Position numbers and translations under genes: made by a program | The notes under the pieces: model-generated | Told to the model about the DNA's origin: nothing | What the model saw: only the letters and a program-made list of their open reading frames with translations | The model's database searches: none | NCBI GenBank assembly: GCA_963665095.1 | Contig: OY762069.1 | Span: forward strand, 6,272,001-6,336,000 | DNA length: 64,000 bases | Source of the DNA: an uncultured Desulfobacter sp. | GTDB lineage: Bacteria > Desulfobacterota > Desulfobacteria > Desulfobacterales > Desulfobacteraceae | Direction of reading: 5' to 3' | Part shown: in pieces, positions 19,254-28,815 of the stretch | Layout: each line of letters starts with the position of its first letter | How positions within the stretch are numbered: position 1 is the first letter of the stretch

Positions 19254-21278
19254 TCACTTCGCTTTTGGCGCCACTTCCACGCGACTGCAGTGAAAGGCGC
19301 AGGTCTCTCCCTGGTCGGTCAGTCGCTGGCTGGTCAACTGGTTGATGCCCTTGCCCTTGTCCATGAATGCGGGCCAGTGCAGGCCCTCGGCCACCACCAG
19401 GCCGGGCTGGGTATCTAAAGTTATTCGGGCATCAAGAAAACATTCCCCGCGGCTGTTGAATACCCGCACAGGGGCGTCCTGGGAGATGCTGCGCTTTGCT
19501 GCATCATCCGGGTGGATCAACAGGGTTGCTCTGCCGGCAAGTTGTCTGATTTCCGGGATCTCATTAAATGCTGAGTTCAGAAACAGGGGGTGGGGCGGTG
19601 TCATCAGCTCCAGGGGGTAGGTCTCTTTGTCTTCAGGATCCCGTAAAACTTCTCCGCAGGGCAGGGGATCCAGGCCCAGGTCCTGCCAGGTTTCTGAAAA
19701 GAATTCCACTTTGCCCGAAGGGGTGTTAAAGCCCTGGGCATAGGGATTGGCCGGGATATTCAGGCGGACGGCCCGGCCCTGCATGAGCGGGTCATGGTCT
19801 GTTTCTTCCAGCGGGGGACGGCATTTTTTTAAAAAATCCTGGATAAAGTCCTCTTCACTGAGGCGGAACACTGCCTCCTTAAACCCAAGGCGTTGTGCAA
19901 GGGCCTGGAAAATAGTCAGATTGGTGCGGCTTTGCCCCACAGGCGGGATGACCGGCCGGGACAGGCGCAGGTAGTTGTGACCGTAGGCTTTGTAAATATC
20001 GCTCATCTCCAGAAAGCTTGCCGAGGGCAGGATGATGTCAGCCATCCGGGCTGTATCTGTCATGAACAGCTCATGGACCACCACAAAAAGATCCTCTCTG
20101 GCAAGTCCCTTTTGCACCAGGGCGGATTGGGGGGCCACAGCAGCCGGGTTGCTCATGAAATTATAAAACAGTTTCACCGGGGGATCATCCAGGCAGGTCA
20201 GGGCATTGCCCAGTTCCACCATGTTGATTGTCCGGGTGTCAGGGGGGCACAGATCCGGCCGGGTCAGCCGGGTGATGTCTGCGGGACCCCCGCCCAGGCT
20301 GCGGGTAATGCCGCCACCCGGTTTTTCAAATGCCCCCACCAGGGCGGGCAGGCAGGCAATGGTCCGCATGGCCATGGCGCCCCGCAGCTGGCGGGCCGGC
20401 CCCCAGCCGGTCCGGATATAAGGGGCCCGGGCTTTTCCGTATGAGAGCGCCAGATCCCGGATATCCCGGGCTGCCACCCCGCAGATGCCCGCGACCAATT
20501 CCGGCGGGTATTCAGCCGCCCGGTCTGCAAGCCGGTCATAGCCTATGGTCTGCTGTTCAATAAATTCCCGGTTGATCAAATCCTCTTTGATCAGGATGTT
20601 CATCATGCCAAGGGCCAGGGCTGCATCGCTCCCGGGCTTGACCATGAGATGCATATCGGCCTGCTTTGCCGTAGGGGTCTGGTAGGGGTCAATCACCACA
20701 ATGCGGGCCCCTTTTTTTCTGGCTTTCAGGAAAAAGGACCAGGCGTGGATATTGGTGGTCAGCGTGTTGCTGCCCCAGATGATAATGAGGTCTGAATTGA
20801 CGGATGATTCAATGTCCGTACTTGGCCCAGAGCCCAGGGTGGTTTGAAATCCTTCAGTGGCAGCCGGTCCGCAAATGGTAAGAAGCAGTTTGCTGGCCCC
20901 GAGTTTATGGAAAAAGGGCTGGCCGGCATTCCGGTGTATGATGCCCATATGGCCGGCGTAAAAATAGGGCAGGATGGCTTCCGGCCCATGGGTTTTCGCC
21001 ACGTCACAGATCCGGTCCGCGACCAGGTCCAGGGCCGCATCCCATGAGATGGGCTCAAAACGGCCTGACCCTTTGGGGCCTGTTCGTCTTAACGGGGTGA
21101 GAATCCGGTTTTCATTGTGTACATGGCCGGGAAAAAATTTTGCTTTCCTGCAGAGAAACCCCTGGGTGAACGGATGATCCGGGTCTGCCTTTACCTTTGT
21201 TATTTTCCCGTCTTCCACTTTCACAAGCAGTCCGCAGGCATCCGGGCAGTCCTTTGTACACACGGCCGGTTTCCACAT
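19254..21278 (-). CDS. Cytoplasmic molybdopterin oxidoreductase (DMSO reductase superfamily, uncharacterised subgroup)
   Basis: CTKDCPDAC...C iron-sulfur motif, TIC ligand loop, C-terminal IHPDDA..VFNSRG; no Tat signal. Confidence 0.88.
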   Translation of the reverse strand: MWKPAVCTKDCPDACGLLVKVEDGKITKVKADPDHPFTQGFLCRKAKFFPGHVHNENRILTPLRRTGPKGSGRFEPISWDAALDLVADRICDVAKTHGPEAILPYFYAGHMGIIHRNAGQPFFHKLGASKLLLTICGPAATEGFQTTLGSGPSTDIESSVNSDLIIIWGSNTLTTNIHAWSFFLKARKKGARIVVIDPYQTPTAKQADMHLMVKPGSDAALALGMMNILIKEDLINREFIEQQTIGYDRLADRAAEYPPELVAGICGVAARDIRDLALSYGKARAPYIRTGWGPARQLRGAMAMRTIACLPALVGAFEKPGGGITRSLGGGPADITRLTRPDLCPPDTRTINMVELGNALTCLDDPPVKLFYNFMSNPAAVAPQSALVQKGLAREDLFVVVHELFMTDTARMADIILPSASFLEMSDIYKAYGHNYLRLSRPVIPPVGQSRTNLTIFQALAQRLGFKEAVFRLSEEDFIQDFLKKCRPPLEETDHDPLMQGRAVRLNIPANPYAQGFNTPSGKVEFFSETWQDLGLDPLPCGEVLRDPEDKETYPLELMTPPHPLFLNSAFNEIPEIRQLAGRATLLIHPDDAAKRSISQDAPVRVFNSRGECFLDARITLDTQPGLVVAEGLHWPAFMDKGKGINQLTSQRLTDQGETCAFHCSRVEVAPKAK

Positions 21279-21353
21279 GTTGCACCTCCTGGTTAAGATC
21301 TTTTTTGCCTGTTTATATCATGTCCCATTTTCCGGGTGAACATCCAGGAATAT

Positions 21354-22196
21354 TTATTCAGGGCAGTATCCGTATTTTTGCCTGAGTTGTCTTAAAACGA
21401 TTGAATCAGGGGCGTACGGTATATGGGGCGGCACCGGGTCCGGCAGGTTGAGTGTCCGGAAAAAGGGCGTTTCCAGCGCTTTCATGTTGTACGCTTTGAT
21501 CATCAGGGATTCCAGATTGACCACATCTTCAATATTATAGGCCAGAAGCGTTTCAAGTATTTTTTCCTCTCCGGTCCGCCTGAACTCCTTCCAGAGCAGG
21601 ACGGCAAAATAGCCGTCCACCCCGTCCAGGTCCCCGCGGTCCAGCCCCAGGGCATTTTCACATTTTTTCAAACCCCCGGAAAACCCAAGGCTTTTTAAGA
21701 CATACCGCAGGTCAATGTGGGTCTGGTTCATGGCGATTTTGAAATAGGATTCAATATAGGGGATATCAAAGGTTTTACCGTTGTAGGTGATGATGAGATT
21801 ATATTTTTTGATATCCTTTTTGAATTCATTCAGGTTCCGGCCCTGGACATAGGTCTTGATGGTACGGCCGTCATAGGTGGCAATGGTGGTAATTTCGGCA
21901 TCCCAAAGGTCCAGACCTGTGGTTTCAATATCAAGAAACACGGCTGTGTTGCGAAATTGGGGAAACAGGCGCCAGTGCTCCCTGGACGGCAGCCTGTCGG
22001 CAAAGTATCCGGGATTATCCGCCCCAAGGTGGGCCTGTGACTCCCGGGTATATTTTTCGATACGCTGCTGCTGTTTCTCCGGTAAAAGGGCGGTGCCGGT
22101 CAGGGCCTCGTCCCAGGTGGTGACACCGCATTCCCAGATTTTCTGCTCAGATTTTTCCCCGATACCGGGAATGTGTTGAAATGAATGTATCAGCAT
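21354..22196 (-). CDS. RNase H-like (DEDD/YprB-type) exonuclease domain protein
   Basis: FLDIETTG, TYNGKTFD and YNIEDV motifs, with an N-terminal HhH-like IPGIGEK. Confidence 0.82.
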   Translation of the reverse strand: MLIHSFQHIPGIGEKSEQKIWECGVTTWDEALTGTALLPEKQQQRIEKYTRESQAHLGADNPGYFADRLPSREHWRLFPQFRNTAVFLDIETTGLDLWDAEITTIATYDGRTIKTYVQGRNLNEFKKDIKKYNLIITYNGKTFDIPYIESYFKIAMNQTHIDLRYVLKSLGFSGGLKKCENALGLDRGDLDGVDGYFAVLLWKEFRRTGEEKILETLLAYNIEDVVNLESLMIKAYNMKALETPFFRTLNLPDPVPPHIPYAPDSIVLRQLRQKYGYCPE

Positions 22197-22394
22197 TGGC
22201 CGCTTCTGCTCCTTTATATTAGTAGTGAGCCCTGTTTATCATAAAATGCAGCTAAAGTGAGGCGTAAAAACGGATCCATACCGGCCCAAAGCCAAAGCCC
22301 TCTGCCGGACCAACCGGACAAAAGGGCCTTGGGGGGAGCCGAATGCTAAATATCAGGGTAGGTCTGGTCACCAGAAACGCCGTTCAAACACTAT

Positions 22395-23465
22395 TTAGGG
22401 CAGCGGTGTCTTTGTATATGCCACATTGGCATCTGAGGATGAATGGGCAGACATGGGCTTCCCGGTTTTAAGATCATTTACAAAATCCGGATTGAGCAGG
22501 ATGGACTTGCCTGACAGGGCAATATCTGCATCGGCAATGGCTGCATCGGCCGATTTTCTGTCATAGATCCTGCCGCAGATCAGGATGGGCAGATCCGTGA
22601 CCTCCCGGGTGAGCCGGGCCATGGTGTAATCTGTGTTAAAGGCCTTTTCGCTGAAGTCATAGGTGGATACGGAGATGGCGTCCACCCCTTCTTTATCGAT
22701 GATCTCAATTCCCTTTTGCCATTCATCTGCATCGGCAAAAAGGGAAACTCCCATATCTGGAATGCCCCAGTTGGAGATGCGGAACAGCAGCATGACATCA
22801 TCGGGCACCACGGCCTTAACCGCCCGGATGATCCTTTGGGCAAACCGGAAGCGGTTTTCCACAGTGCCGCCGTATGCATCATTGCGCTGGTTGGTATGAC
22901 TGGAAAGGAATTGACTGATCAGGTACCCGTGGGCACCATGGATCTCAATGCCGTCAAAGCCCGCGGCAACCGCACCCCTGGCACTTTCAACAAACCCGGT
23001 GATAACATGGTCGATGTCAAACAGGCTCATCTCTTCAGGTACCGGATAGGGTTTTCCGGTTAAAGGGTTTGCCTGTACCGGCGCAATAGGACTCGGGGCA
23101 ATGGAGCGATGCGCCGGGTTCACTTCCGGCCAGGCCATGCGGCCGCAGTGGAAAAACTGAATTACCGCTTTTGATCCTGCCGCCTGGATCTCTTTAATCA
23201 CAGGCTTCCAGGCTTCAATCTGTTTTTCATTGGTGATTCTGGCCTGGCCGGGATACCCCTGAGCACTCTCATAGTCCGTGACCAGGGCTTCTGTGTATAC
23301 AATGCCTGCCCCGTTTCTGGCACGTGTGACCAGAAAGTCCAGAACATCCTTTCTGGGAATGCTGTTTTCATCCCCTGACATCCGTGTCATCGGGGCCACT
23401 CCAATCCTGTTTTTGATGGTATGATTTTTTATTTTAAACGGTTGAAAAAGCTTGTCTGTATTCAT
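22395..23465 (-). CDS. NADH:flavin oxidoreductase (Old Yellow Enzyme family)
   Basis: NRIGVAPMT and GFDGIEIHGAHGYLISQFLS..N.R.D.YGG..ENR. Confidence 0.92.
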   Translation of the reverse strand: MNTDKLFQPFKIKNHTIKNRIGVAPMTRMSGDENSIPRKDVLDFLVTRARNGAGIVYTEALVTDYESAQGYPGQARITNEKQIEAWKPVIKEIQAAGSKAVIQFFHCGRMAWPEVNPAHRSIAPSPIAPVQANPLTGKPYPVPEEMSLFDIDHVITGFVESARGAVAAGFDGIEIHGAHGYLISQFLSSHTNQRNDAYGGTVENRFRFAQRIIRAVKAVVPDDVMLLFRISNWGIPDMGVSLFADADEWQKGIEIIDKEGVDAISVSTYDFSEKAFNTDYTMARLTREVTDLPILICGRIYDRKSADAAIADADIALSGKSILLNPDFVNDLKTGKPMSAHSSSDANVAYTKTPLP

Positions 23466-23859
23466 TGTAAGTTTCCCCCGCAATATATGCCTTAATTGGG
23501 TTTTTGTCTGTTATGACATGTTTAAATGTACCACATTGTAGAAGATAATACGTAAATACAGTAAGACAAGCCATGGTGTGAAACAGCCAGGAGGCCCCTG
23601 CCTTGTCCGTCACACGCTTCCCGGGCTATTTAAAGAAAACAGGACATTGGATCAACTTCGGATAAAAATTTGACGCCTGCTGGTCAGATATAAAATCAAT
23701 GCAGGTCTTATCTAATTTTGAACTATATTATATCATTGGTATCTTGCGATGGTCAATAGATATAACTATTTAATTTTATTATATATTTTTATTTACATCT
23801 GCATTATTTTCAATTATCTTCCAGTCTGGATATCTTAAATTTTTAAGGGTATTGAGACT

Positions 23860-24582
23860 ATGGGCATGACAGATAAAACCAGATCAGGTACAGACCTGCC
23901 CCTTGGAAAATCCGTGCAGCAGATTGGCCGGATGGCCCCTGTTGAAGCTGCCGGGACCGTTGAAGGCATTGCGGACCGGTTCGGGGACCGTGCCGCGCTT
24001 GATGTTTTAGACCAGCTTTCACCGGTTGTTGTTGCTGCCATGCTGCGCCGGCATGACTTTTCCTGCCCCGCAGTTGTCAGCTATCTTGTGACCCCGCACA
24101 TGGCAGCAGAGGTGTTAAAGGCAGATCCTTTGTTCTGGCGGGATATTCCCGATCCAAAGCGCCCTGAAAATTTTAGGAAAATCCGGGAAAACGCCCTGGA
24201 ATTGATCATCATATTTATGTCGGCAGCAAAGGATATAAATGCGGAAGGTGATATCATTGATCATATCTTCAGGGATGACCGCAGCCGGAACTATCTGCTT
24301 CTGCCCTTTTCCGGGCAGGAGGGGTACCGGTTGAGCACAGGATTATTTGATGATCCTGAAACCGAAACCGGGTCCGTGGCGCACCTCTATGAAATCCTGA
24401 GAAAGGCAGCCCCGCGTGCTGCGGATCTGGTCATGGATTTTATGAACCAGAATCAGACCTCCCTCATTGATTTTGTCACAGACCTCTGGGCCGATGCCTC
24501 TTTGGGCCTGGACAGCGGTTCCCGGGATCCAGACCTGGAAGATATGATGTTTTTACCCATCCGGGTAAAGGAGCCTGCATGA
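23860..24582 (+). CDS. Hypothetical protein, putative AtcB-like
   Basis: First gene of a translationally coupled triad ending in a PX7W J-domain protein. N-terminal GD.AAL.VLDQL.P..VAAMLR..D..LVTP resembles AtcB from memory only. Confidence 0.5.
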   Translation: MGMTDKTRSGTDLPLGKSVQQIGRMAPVEAAGTVEGIADRFGDRAALDVLDQLSPVVVAAMLRRHDFSCPAVVSYLVTPHMAAEVLKADPLFWRDIPDPKRPENFRKIRENALELIIIFMSAAKDINAEGDIIDHIFRDDRSRNYLLLPFSGQEGYRLSTGLFDDPETETGSVAHLYEILRKAAPRAADLVMDFMNQNQTSLIDFVTDLWADASLGLDSGSRDPDLEDMMFLPIRVKEPA

Positions 24583-25100
24583 ACCAGAGTTGTGATTCCC
24601 GCAGCCTTGTGCCCGGGGACGACCGCCTGCTTGTTTTCCGCGCGCTTGACAATGGCCTTTCATCCGGTGTGATCCAGGCAGGTTTCATTTGCCGGGAAAA
24701 GGCTGTTTTGGAAGGAATGTCATTTGTCTTTGCCCGCCGCTATTACACCCTTGTGCACGAGACCTGCCTCCGACAGGCATCCCAGTGCGTCCTGGGCATT
24801 GTGAATCTGGGACTTTCGGAACGGTCTGGTGGCCGGCTTTCTGTTGCCGCAGATCTTTTAACGTCCCGGGGCAGCCTTGGGATGTTCCGGGAGGGGTGGA
24901 CCCGGGTTCTCAAACTGGTCCGGGCCGCAGGCCATGCCGCACCACACCGGTTTAAAACAGACTATGAGCTTGAGCGGGAGTTTGCTGAAGATTTCACTGC
25001 GGTTCCCGGGCGGCCATGGTGCGGCCGAAATCATTATGCGGCCACCATGCTGAAACTGTACTATATGAAAACCAGAAGCAGGGAGGAGTCGGGTAGATGA
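24579..25100 (+). CDS. Hypothetical protein, putative AtcC-like
   Basis: ATGA overlaps with both neighbours. RALDNG..GVI...FARRY...IVNLGL resembles AtcC from memory only. Confidence 0.5.
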   Translation: MNQSCDSRSLVPGDDRLLVFRALDNGLSSGVIQAGFICREKAVLEGMSFVFARRYYTLVHETCLRQASQCVLGIVNLGLSERSGGRLSVAADLLTSRGSLGMFREGWTRVLKLVRAAGHAAPHRFKTDYELEREFAEDFTAVPGRPWCGRNHYAATMLKLYYMKTRSREESGR

Positions 25101-25378
25101 ATTATTTTGACATTCTTGGCGTGCCTCAGGATGCCTCACCCGCAGAGATTAAAAAAGCCTATCACAGGCTTGCGTTTCAACACCATCCCGATTATTCCGC
25201 CCGAAAACGAAAGAAAAAAGAATTTATCCGGATCATCCAGGCATATCACACCCTCATTGATCCGGTGAAACGTTCAGAATACATGAATTCACAATCTTCT
25301 GCAGTCACCTCTGCACCCCGGGATTTCCTGACAGAATACTGGAACCAACTATTCCGGCAGGGCGGCATCACTAAATAA
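25097..25378 (+). CDS. Short J-domain co-chaperone, AtcJ-like
   Basis: NYFDILGV..EIKKAY..HPD; 93 aa; C-terminal P-RDFLTEY-W is a PX7W motif. Confidence 0.85.
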   Translation: MNYFDILGVPQDASPAEIKKAYHRLAFQHHPDYSARKRKKKEFIRIIQAYHTLIDPVKRSEYMNSQSSAVTSAPRDFLTEYWNQLFRQGGITK

Positions 25379-25434
25379 TTGGGGTCAGAGTAAAATTAAA
25401 TTTGCAAATTTAATTTTACTCTGACCCCAATTAT
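25375..25434. repeat. 60-bp perfect palindrome (REP-like, possible bidirectional terminator)
   Basis: ATAATTGGGGTCAGAGTAAAATTAAATTTG|CAAATTTAATTTTACTCTGACCCCAATTAT, with no spacer. Confidence 0.9.
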
Positions 25435-25448
25435 ACCAATTATATTTT

Positions 25449-26222
25449 TCAGGCAGCTCTATAGGTGTCTTCCACCGGCACTACCAGGGGGTATCCCTTA
25501 TGGTGAATGATTTCAACCGGCAGCCCGTATACCTCGGTCAGCAGGTTCGGACTGATTTTGTTTATTTCTCCTGCCCCGAACACGGTGTGGTTTTTCAGAC
25601 AGATATACCGGTCTGCATACCTCAGCGCTGAATTCAGGTCGTGCATGGTCATGATCACGGCAAGGTTGTGGTCCCGGACAATGTGCCGGACCAGGCTTAA
25701 AATCCGGGTCTGGTTTTTGAGATCCAGGCTGGAAGTGGGTTCGTCCAGCAGCAGGATATCGGTTTCCTGGACCAGTGCCCGGGCAATGGCCACCTGCTGC
25801 AGTTCCCCGCCGGAGAGTTCATACAGGTTTTTCAGAGTCATGTGCGTCAGGTTTAGCTGTTCCAAAACTGATCCGACTTTTTTTAAGTCCTGTTTTGTGG
25901 CCGTGAACCGGATATGGGGGTACCGTCCCATGAGTACGGCATCAAACACCGTGATTTTTCCCGCTTCGTTATACTGGGCCACATAGCTGATTTCCCTGGC
26001 AATCTGCTGGATGTTCATTGCCTTAAGGGATTTGTCTTTTACCAGCACCTGACCATTTGAGGGAATCAGAATTTTATTCAGACATTTGAGCAGGGTTGTT
26101 TTACCCACGCCGTTGGGCCCGAGAATCACGGTGATTTTACCCCTGGGAATGGCAAAGCTGATATCCTCAAGAATTTTTGTGGATTTATACTTAAATTTAA
26201 GATTGTTTACTGTCAGGATCAT
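25449..26222 (-). CDS. Iron-siderophore/cobalamin ABC transporter ATP-binding protein
   Basis: GPNGVGKT, LSGGE, LLLDEPT and MHDLN motifs. Confidence 0.92.
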   Translation of the reverse strand: MILTVNNLKFKYKSTKILEDISFAIPRGKITVILGPNGVGKTTLLKCLNKILIPSNGQVLVKDKSLKAMNIQQIAREISYVAQYNEAGKITVFDAVLMGRYPHIRFTATKQDLKKVGSVLEQLNLTHMTLKNLYELSGGELQQVAIARALVQETDILLLDEPTSSLDLKNQTRILSLVRHIVRDHNLAVIMTMHDLNSALRYADRYICLKNHTVFGAGEINKISPNLLTEVYGLPVEIIHHKGYPLVVPVEDTYRAA

Positions 26223-27289
26223 CTGGGGTTGCCTTTAATAATAAGGTAAATAAAAACCGGTGCCCCTAAAAATGCTGTGAAAATGGAAACCGGCAGCACA
26301 TGGGGCAGCATGACAAGACGGGCCACCATGTCTGCGGCCAGAAGAATCACGGCCCCTGCAAGTATGGTGGCTGGCAGAAGAAACCTGTGGTCATCCCCGA
26401 TAATACGACGCACAATATGGGGGGCGGCCAGGCCCACAAAACTGATAATGCCCACAAAGCTGATGATCAAAGCGGTCATCAGGGAGGCGGCCAGCATGCC
26501 GGCCAGTCTGACCCGTTCCACCCGGATTCCAATACCTTTGGCGCTCTCATCCCCTAAAGCCATGCCGTTGTAAGATCGTGCATTCCAGAGAAAAAAGCCC
26601 AGGAGGATCACCACGCAGGGTGCCACCAGGGCAATGTCGTTCCAGTCAGCCCTTGCCAGGTCCCCGAAGGTCCAGAACACCATGGCGGCCAGCTGCACAT
26701 CATCGGCAAAAAACTGTAAAAGCATGGTGCCTGCGGTAAAAAGAGAGCCTAAGGCGACGCCGGTCAGTACCATGACCTGGGGGGAGGCCCCTTTTTTACC
26801 GGATATGAAGATGATGATCAGCGCCGTGAGAATGGAAAAGGAAAATGCCGTTGCCACAGTGATAACCGGGTTTGAAATGGCCACGGCATCACCGGAAGAC
26901 GATGCCATCACGCCTGTCCCCATAATAATCACTGACAGGGCCGCGCCAAATGCGGCCGCATGGGATATCCCCAAGGTAAAGGGCGAGGCCAGGGGATTTT
27001 TTAAGACCGACTGCATAACGGCACCGGATGCGGCAAGGCCTGCCCCGCCTAAAACAGCGATAACGGTCTGGGGCAGGCGGATATTCCATACAATCAGATC
27101 TGCCTTCCGCGACGGTGCATCCAGCATCAGTGTCTGCACCACGTCCAGCAGGGGCAGCCGCACCGCTCCCTTGCTCAGGGATACAAGGAACAACAAGACC
27201 ATCAGGCAGAAAAAGACACACAGCAGCCACGATTTTTTCCGGATATACCCGATATAAGCGTCAGGAATAACAGCGTTGTCAAAATGCAT
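26219..27289 (-). CDS. FecCD-family ABC permease
   Basis: IRLP, Q..LKNPLASPFTLGIS, LGDE.A..IG and FVGL..PH motifs. Confidence 0.92.
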   Translation of the reverse strand: MHFDNAVIPDAYIGYIRKKSWLLCVFFCLMVLLFLVSLSKGAVRLPLLDVVQTLMLDAPSRKADLIVWNIRLPQTVIAVLGGAGLAASGAVMQSVLKNPLASPFTLGISHAAAFGAALSVIIMGTGVMASSSGDAVAISNPVITVATAFSFSILTALIIIFISGKKGASPQVMVLTGVALGSLFTAGTMLLQFFADDVQLAAMVFWTFGDLARADWNDIALVAPCVVILLGFFLWNARSYNGMALGDESAKGIGIRVERVRLAGMLAASLMTALIISFVGIISFVGLAAPHIVRRIIGDDHRFLLPATILAGAVILLAADMVARLVMLPHVLPVSIFTAFLGAPVFIYLIIKGNPR

Positions 27290-27294
27290 GGCAG

Positions 27295-28407
27295 TTATTT
27301 ATCCCCAAGGTCAACCGGTTTGAACGCCTTACCGTAAAACAGCTGGTCCATGTCCTTGTATACCCTTGCAGATAAAAGAAACTCATAGATGTCATCTGCT
27401 TTTTTTTCAGGATCGATATCGGCAAACTGTTCCGGATAGAGAATCTTACCCACATACCAGGCATCCGCCAGAATGGAACCGGAATTCTGGGCGTACCAGT
27501 TATAAGGCAGCACCCCGTACACCCGTCCGGCTGCCACAGCATCCAGGGCCTGGAACACGGGATCTGTTTTCAGTTCGTGGAGCCCGCCATGGTTGTCCCC
27601 CATCTGAAGGGTGGAAAGATCCAGGAAAAGGACATCCGGGTTTTCCTCCAGCAGTTTTTCCTTGGAAAAGCTGGAGTGGGATAAATTTTGTACTTTGACT
27701 TCAGATGCCCTTGCGATGTTGTCGGCATTGACAAACTCAAAGGCCGGATAGATAGGTTCGGTGGACTGGAACCCGTGGGGGCCCTTATATGCAATGCCAC
27801 CCACAAAACAGGATTTTTTATTTTTTACCGATGCCGTGCGTTGGTCCAGCTCTTTGATGTGACTGTCAAAAAACGCAATCAACTCCCTGGTGCGTTGTTC
27901 CCTTTGCAGGACCTGCCCGATAATCTTCAAGCTGTGATAAAATATATCCCTTTGAGTTGAGAGGCTGCCATATTCCAAAGACACCACAGGAATCCCAGTT
28001 TTCTGGGACAGCTTCACCGGGTCATAGCCCATGGTGGGATAGGTTTTGAAAATTACCTGGGGCTGTGTGGCGAGACCTAATATTTTTTCCGGATCATCTT
28101 TGCCCCTGAACTCCCCAAATACCGGCAGGGTTTTAAACCCGGGGTTGGCAATTTTATAGGGCCTTGCATCGAATTTCTTCCTGGCCGTTTCCATATCGTC
28201 CACTGCCACAACCATGTCCTGGGCCTTGAAATAGGTGATCAGCCGAAGTGCGCCCGGGCCGGAACAGATAATATGTGATATCTGATCCGGTACTGTCACG
28301 GTTCTGCCGGTGCTGTCTGTTACGGTTCTTGCGGCCCAGGCAGTTGCAATGAAAACCAGGCCCGCCAGGATTAAAGACGCTGTTACCAACAGTTGCTTTG
28401 CTTTCAT
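27295..28407 (-). CDS. Fe/B12-type ABC substrate-binding protein
   Basis: Signal peptide, VTDSTGRTVTVP, EKLLEENPD and AVAAGRVY. ATG 28407 has AAGGAG upstream. Confidence 0.88.
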   Translation of the reverse strand: MKAKQLLVTASLILAGLVFIATAWAARTVTDSTGRTVTVPDQISHIICSGPGALRLITYFKAQDMVVAVDDMETARKKFDARPYKIANPGFKTLPVFGEFRGKDDPEKILGLATQPQVIFKTYPTMGYDPVKLSQKTGIPVVSLEYGSLSTQRDIFYHSLKIIGQVLQREQRTRELIAFFDSHIKELDQRTASVKNKKSCFVGGIAYKGPHGFQSTEPIYPAFEFVNADNIARASEVKVQNLSHSSFSKEKLLEENPDVLFLDLSTLQMGDNHGGLHELKTDPVFQALDAVAAGRVYGVLPYNWYAQNSGSILADAWYVGKILYPEQFADIDPEKKADDIYEFLLSARVYKDMDQLFYGKAFKPVDLGDK

Positions 28408-28546
28408 ATCTTTCACTCCTTGAAATAAAAAAAGCCGTAGAAGTACAGGTCTGTTACGTTCAACAGAAGCTGAAAGCCTTCGTGGCTTAAGGATTTTGTA
28501 TATAGGGCAAAACTTACTTGTGCTGCCTTCAGACAGCGTTGAGCGT

Positions 28547-28575
28547 ATCCTATTGAACCGTCATTCAGCTGTCAA
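28547..28575 (-). promoter_or_regulatory. Sigma70 promoter of the ABC operon
   Basis: TTGACA-17 nt-TAGGAT on the minus strand. Confidence 0.6.
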
Positions 28576-28815
28576 GAGATCTTGGATTCAGGTGGGAAAT
28601 TAAAACCGGTAATGGGGGAAATTTAAAGATACGATCTGCTGGTTGAAAATGATTCGAATTTTAGATAAAAGACAGGAGGTTGTTGAATTTTTTGCAGGGT
28701 TTGGTGTTTTATTTCATGATTTATGATGATAAAACAAGAAGCCTGGTAAAAGAAGAGATGGCCCGACCGTGTTTTTATGTGTGAGGCTGAAAAAGAGTGA
28801 AAGGAAACGGCGATA

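Noticed and set aside
28420..28620. Cobalamin riboswitch before the Fe/B12 ABC genes
   Set aside because: No GGGAA..GCCACTG or B12-box core is visible.
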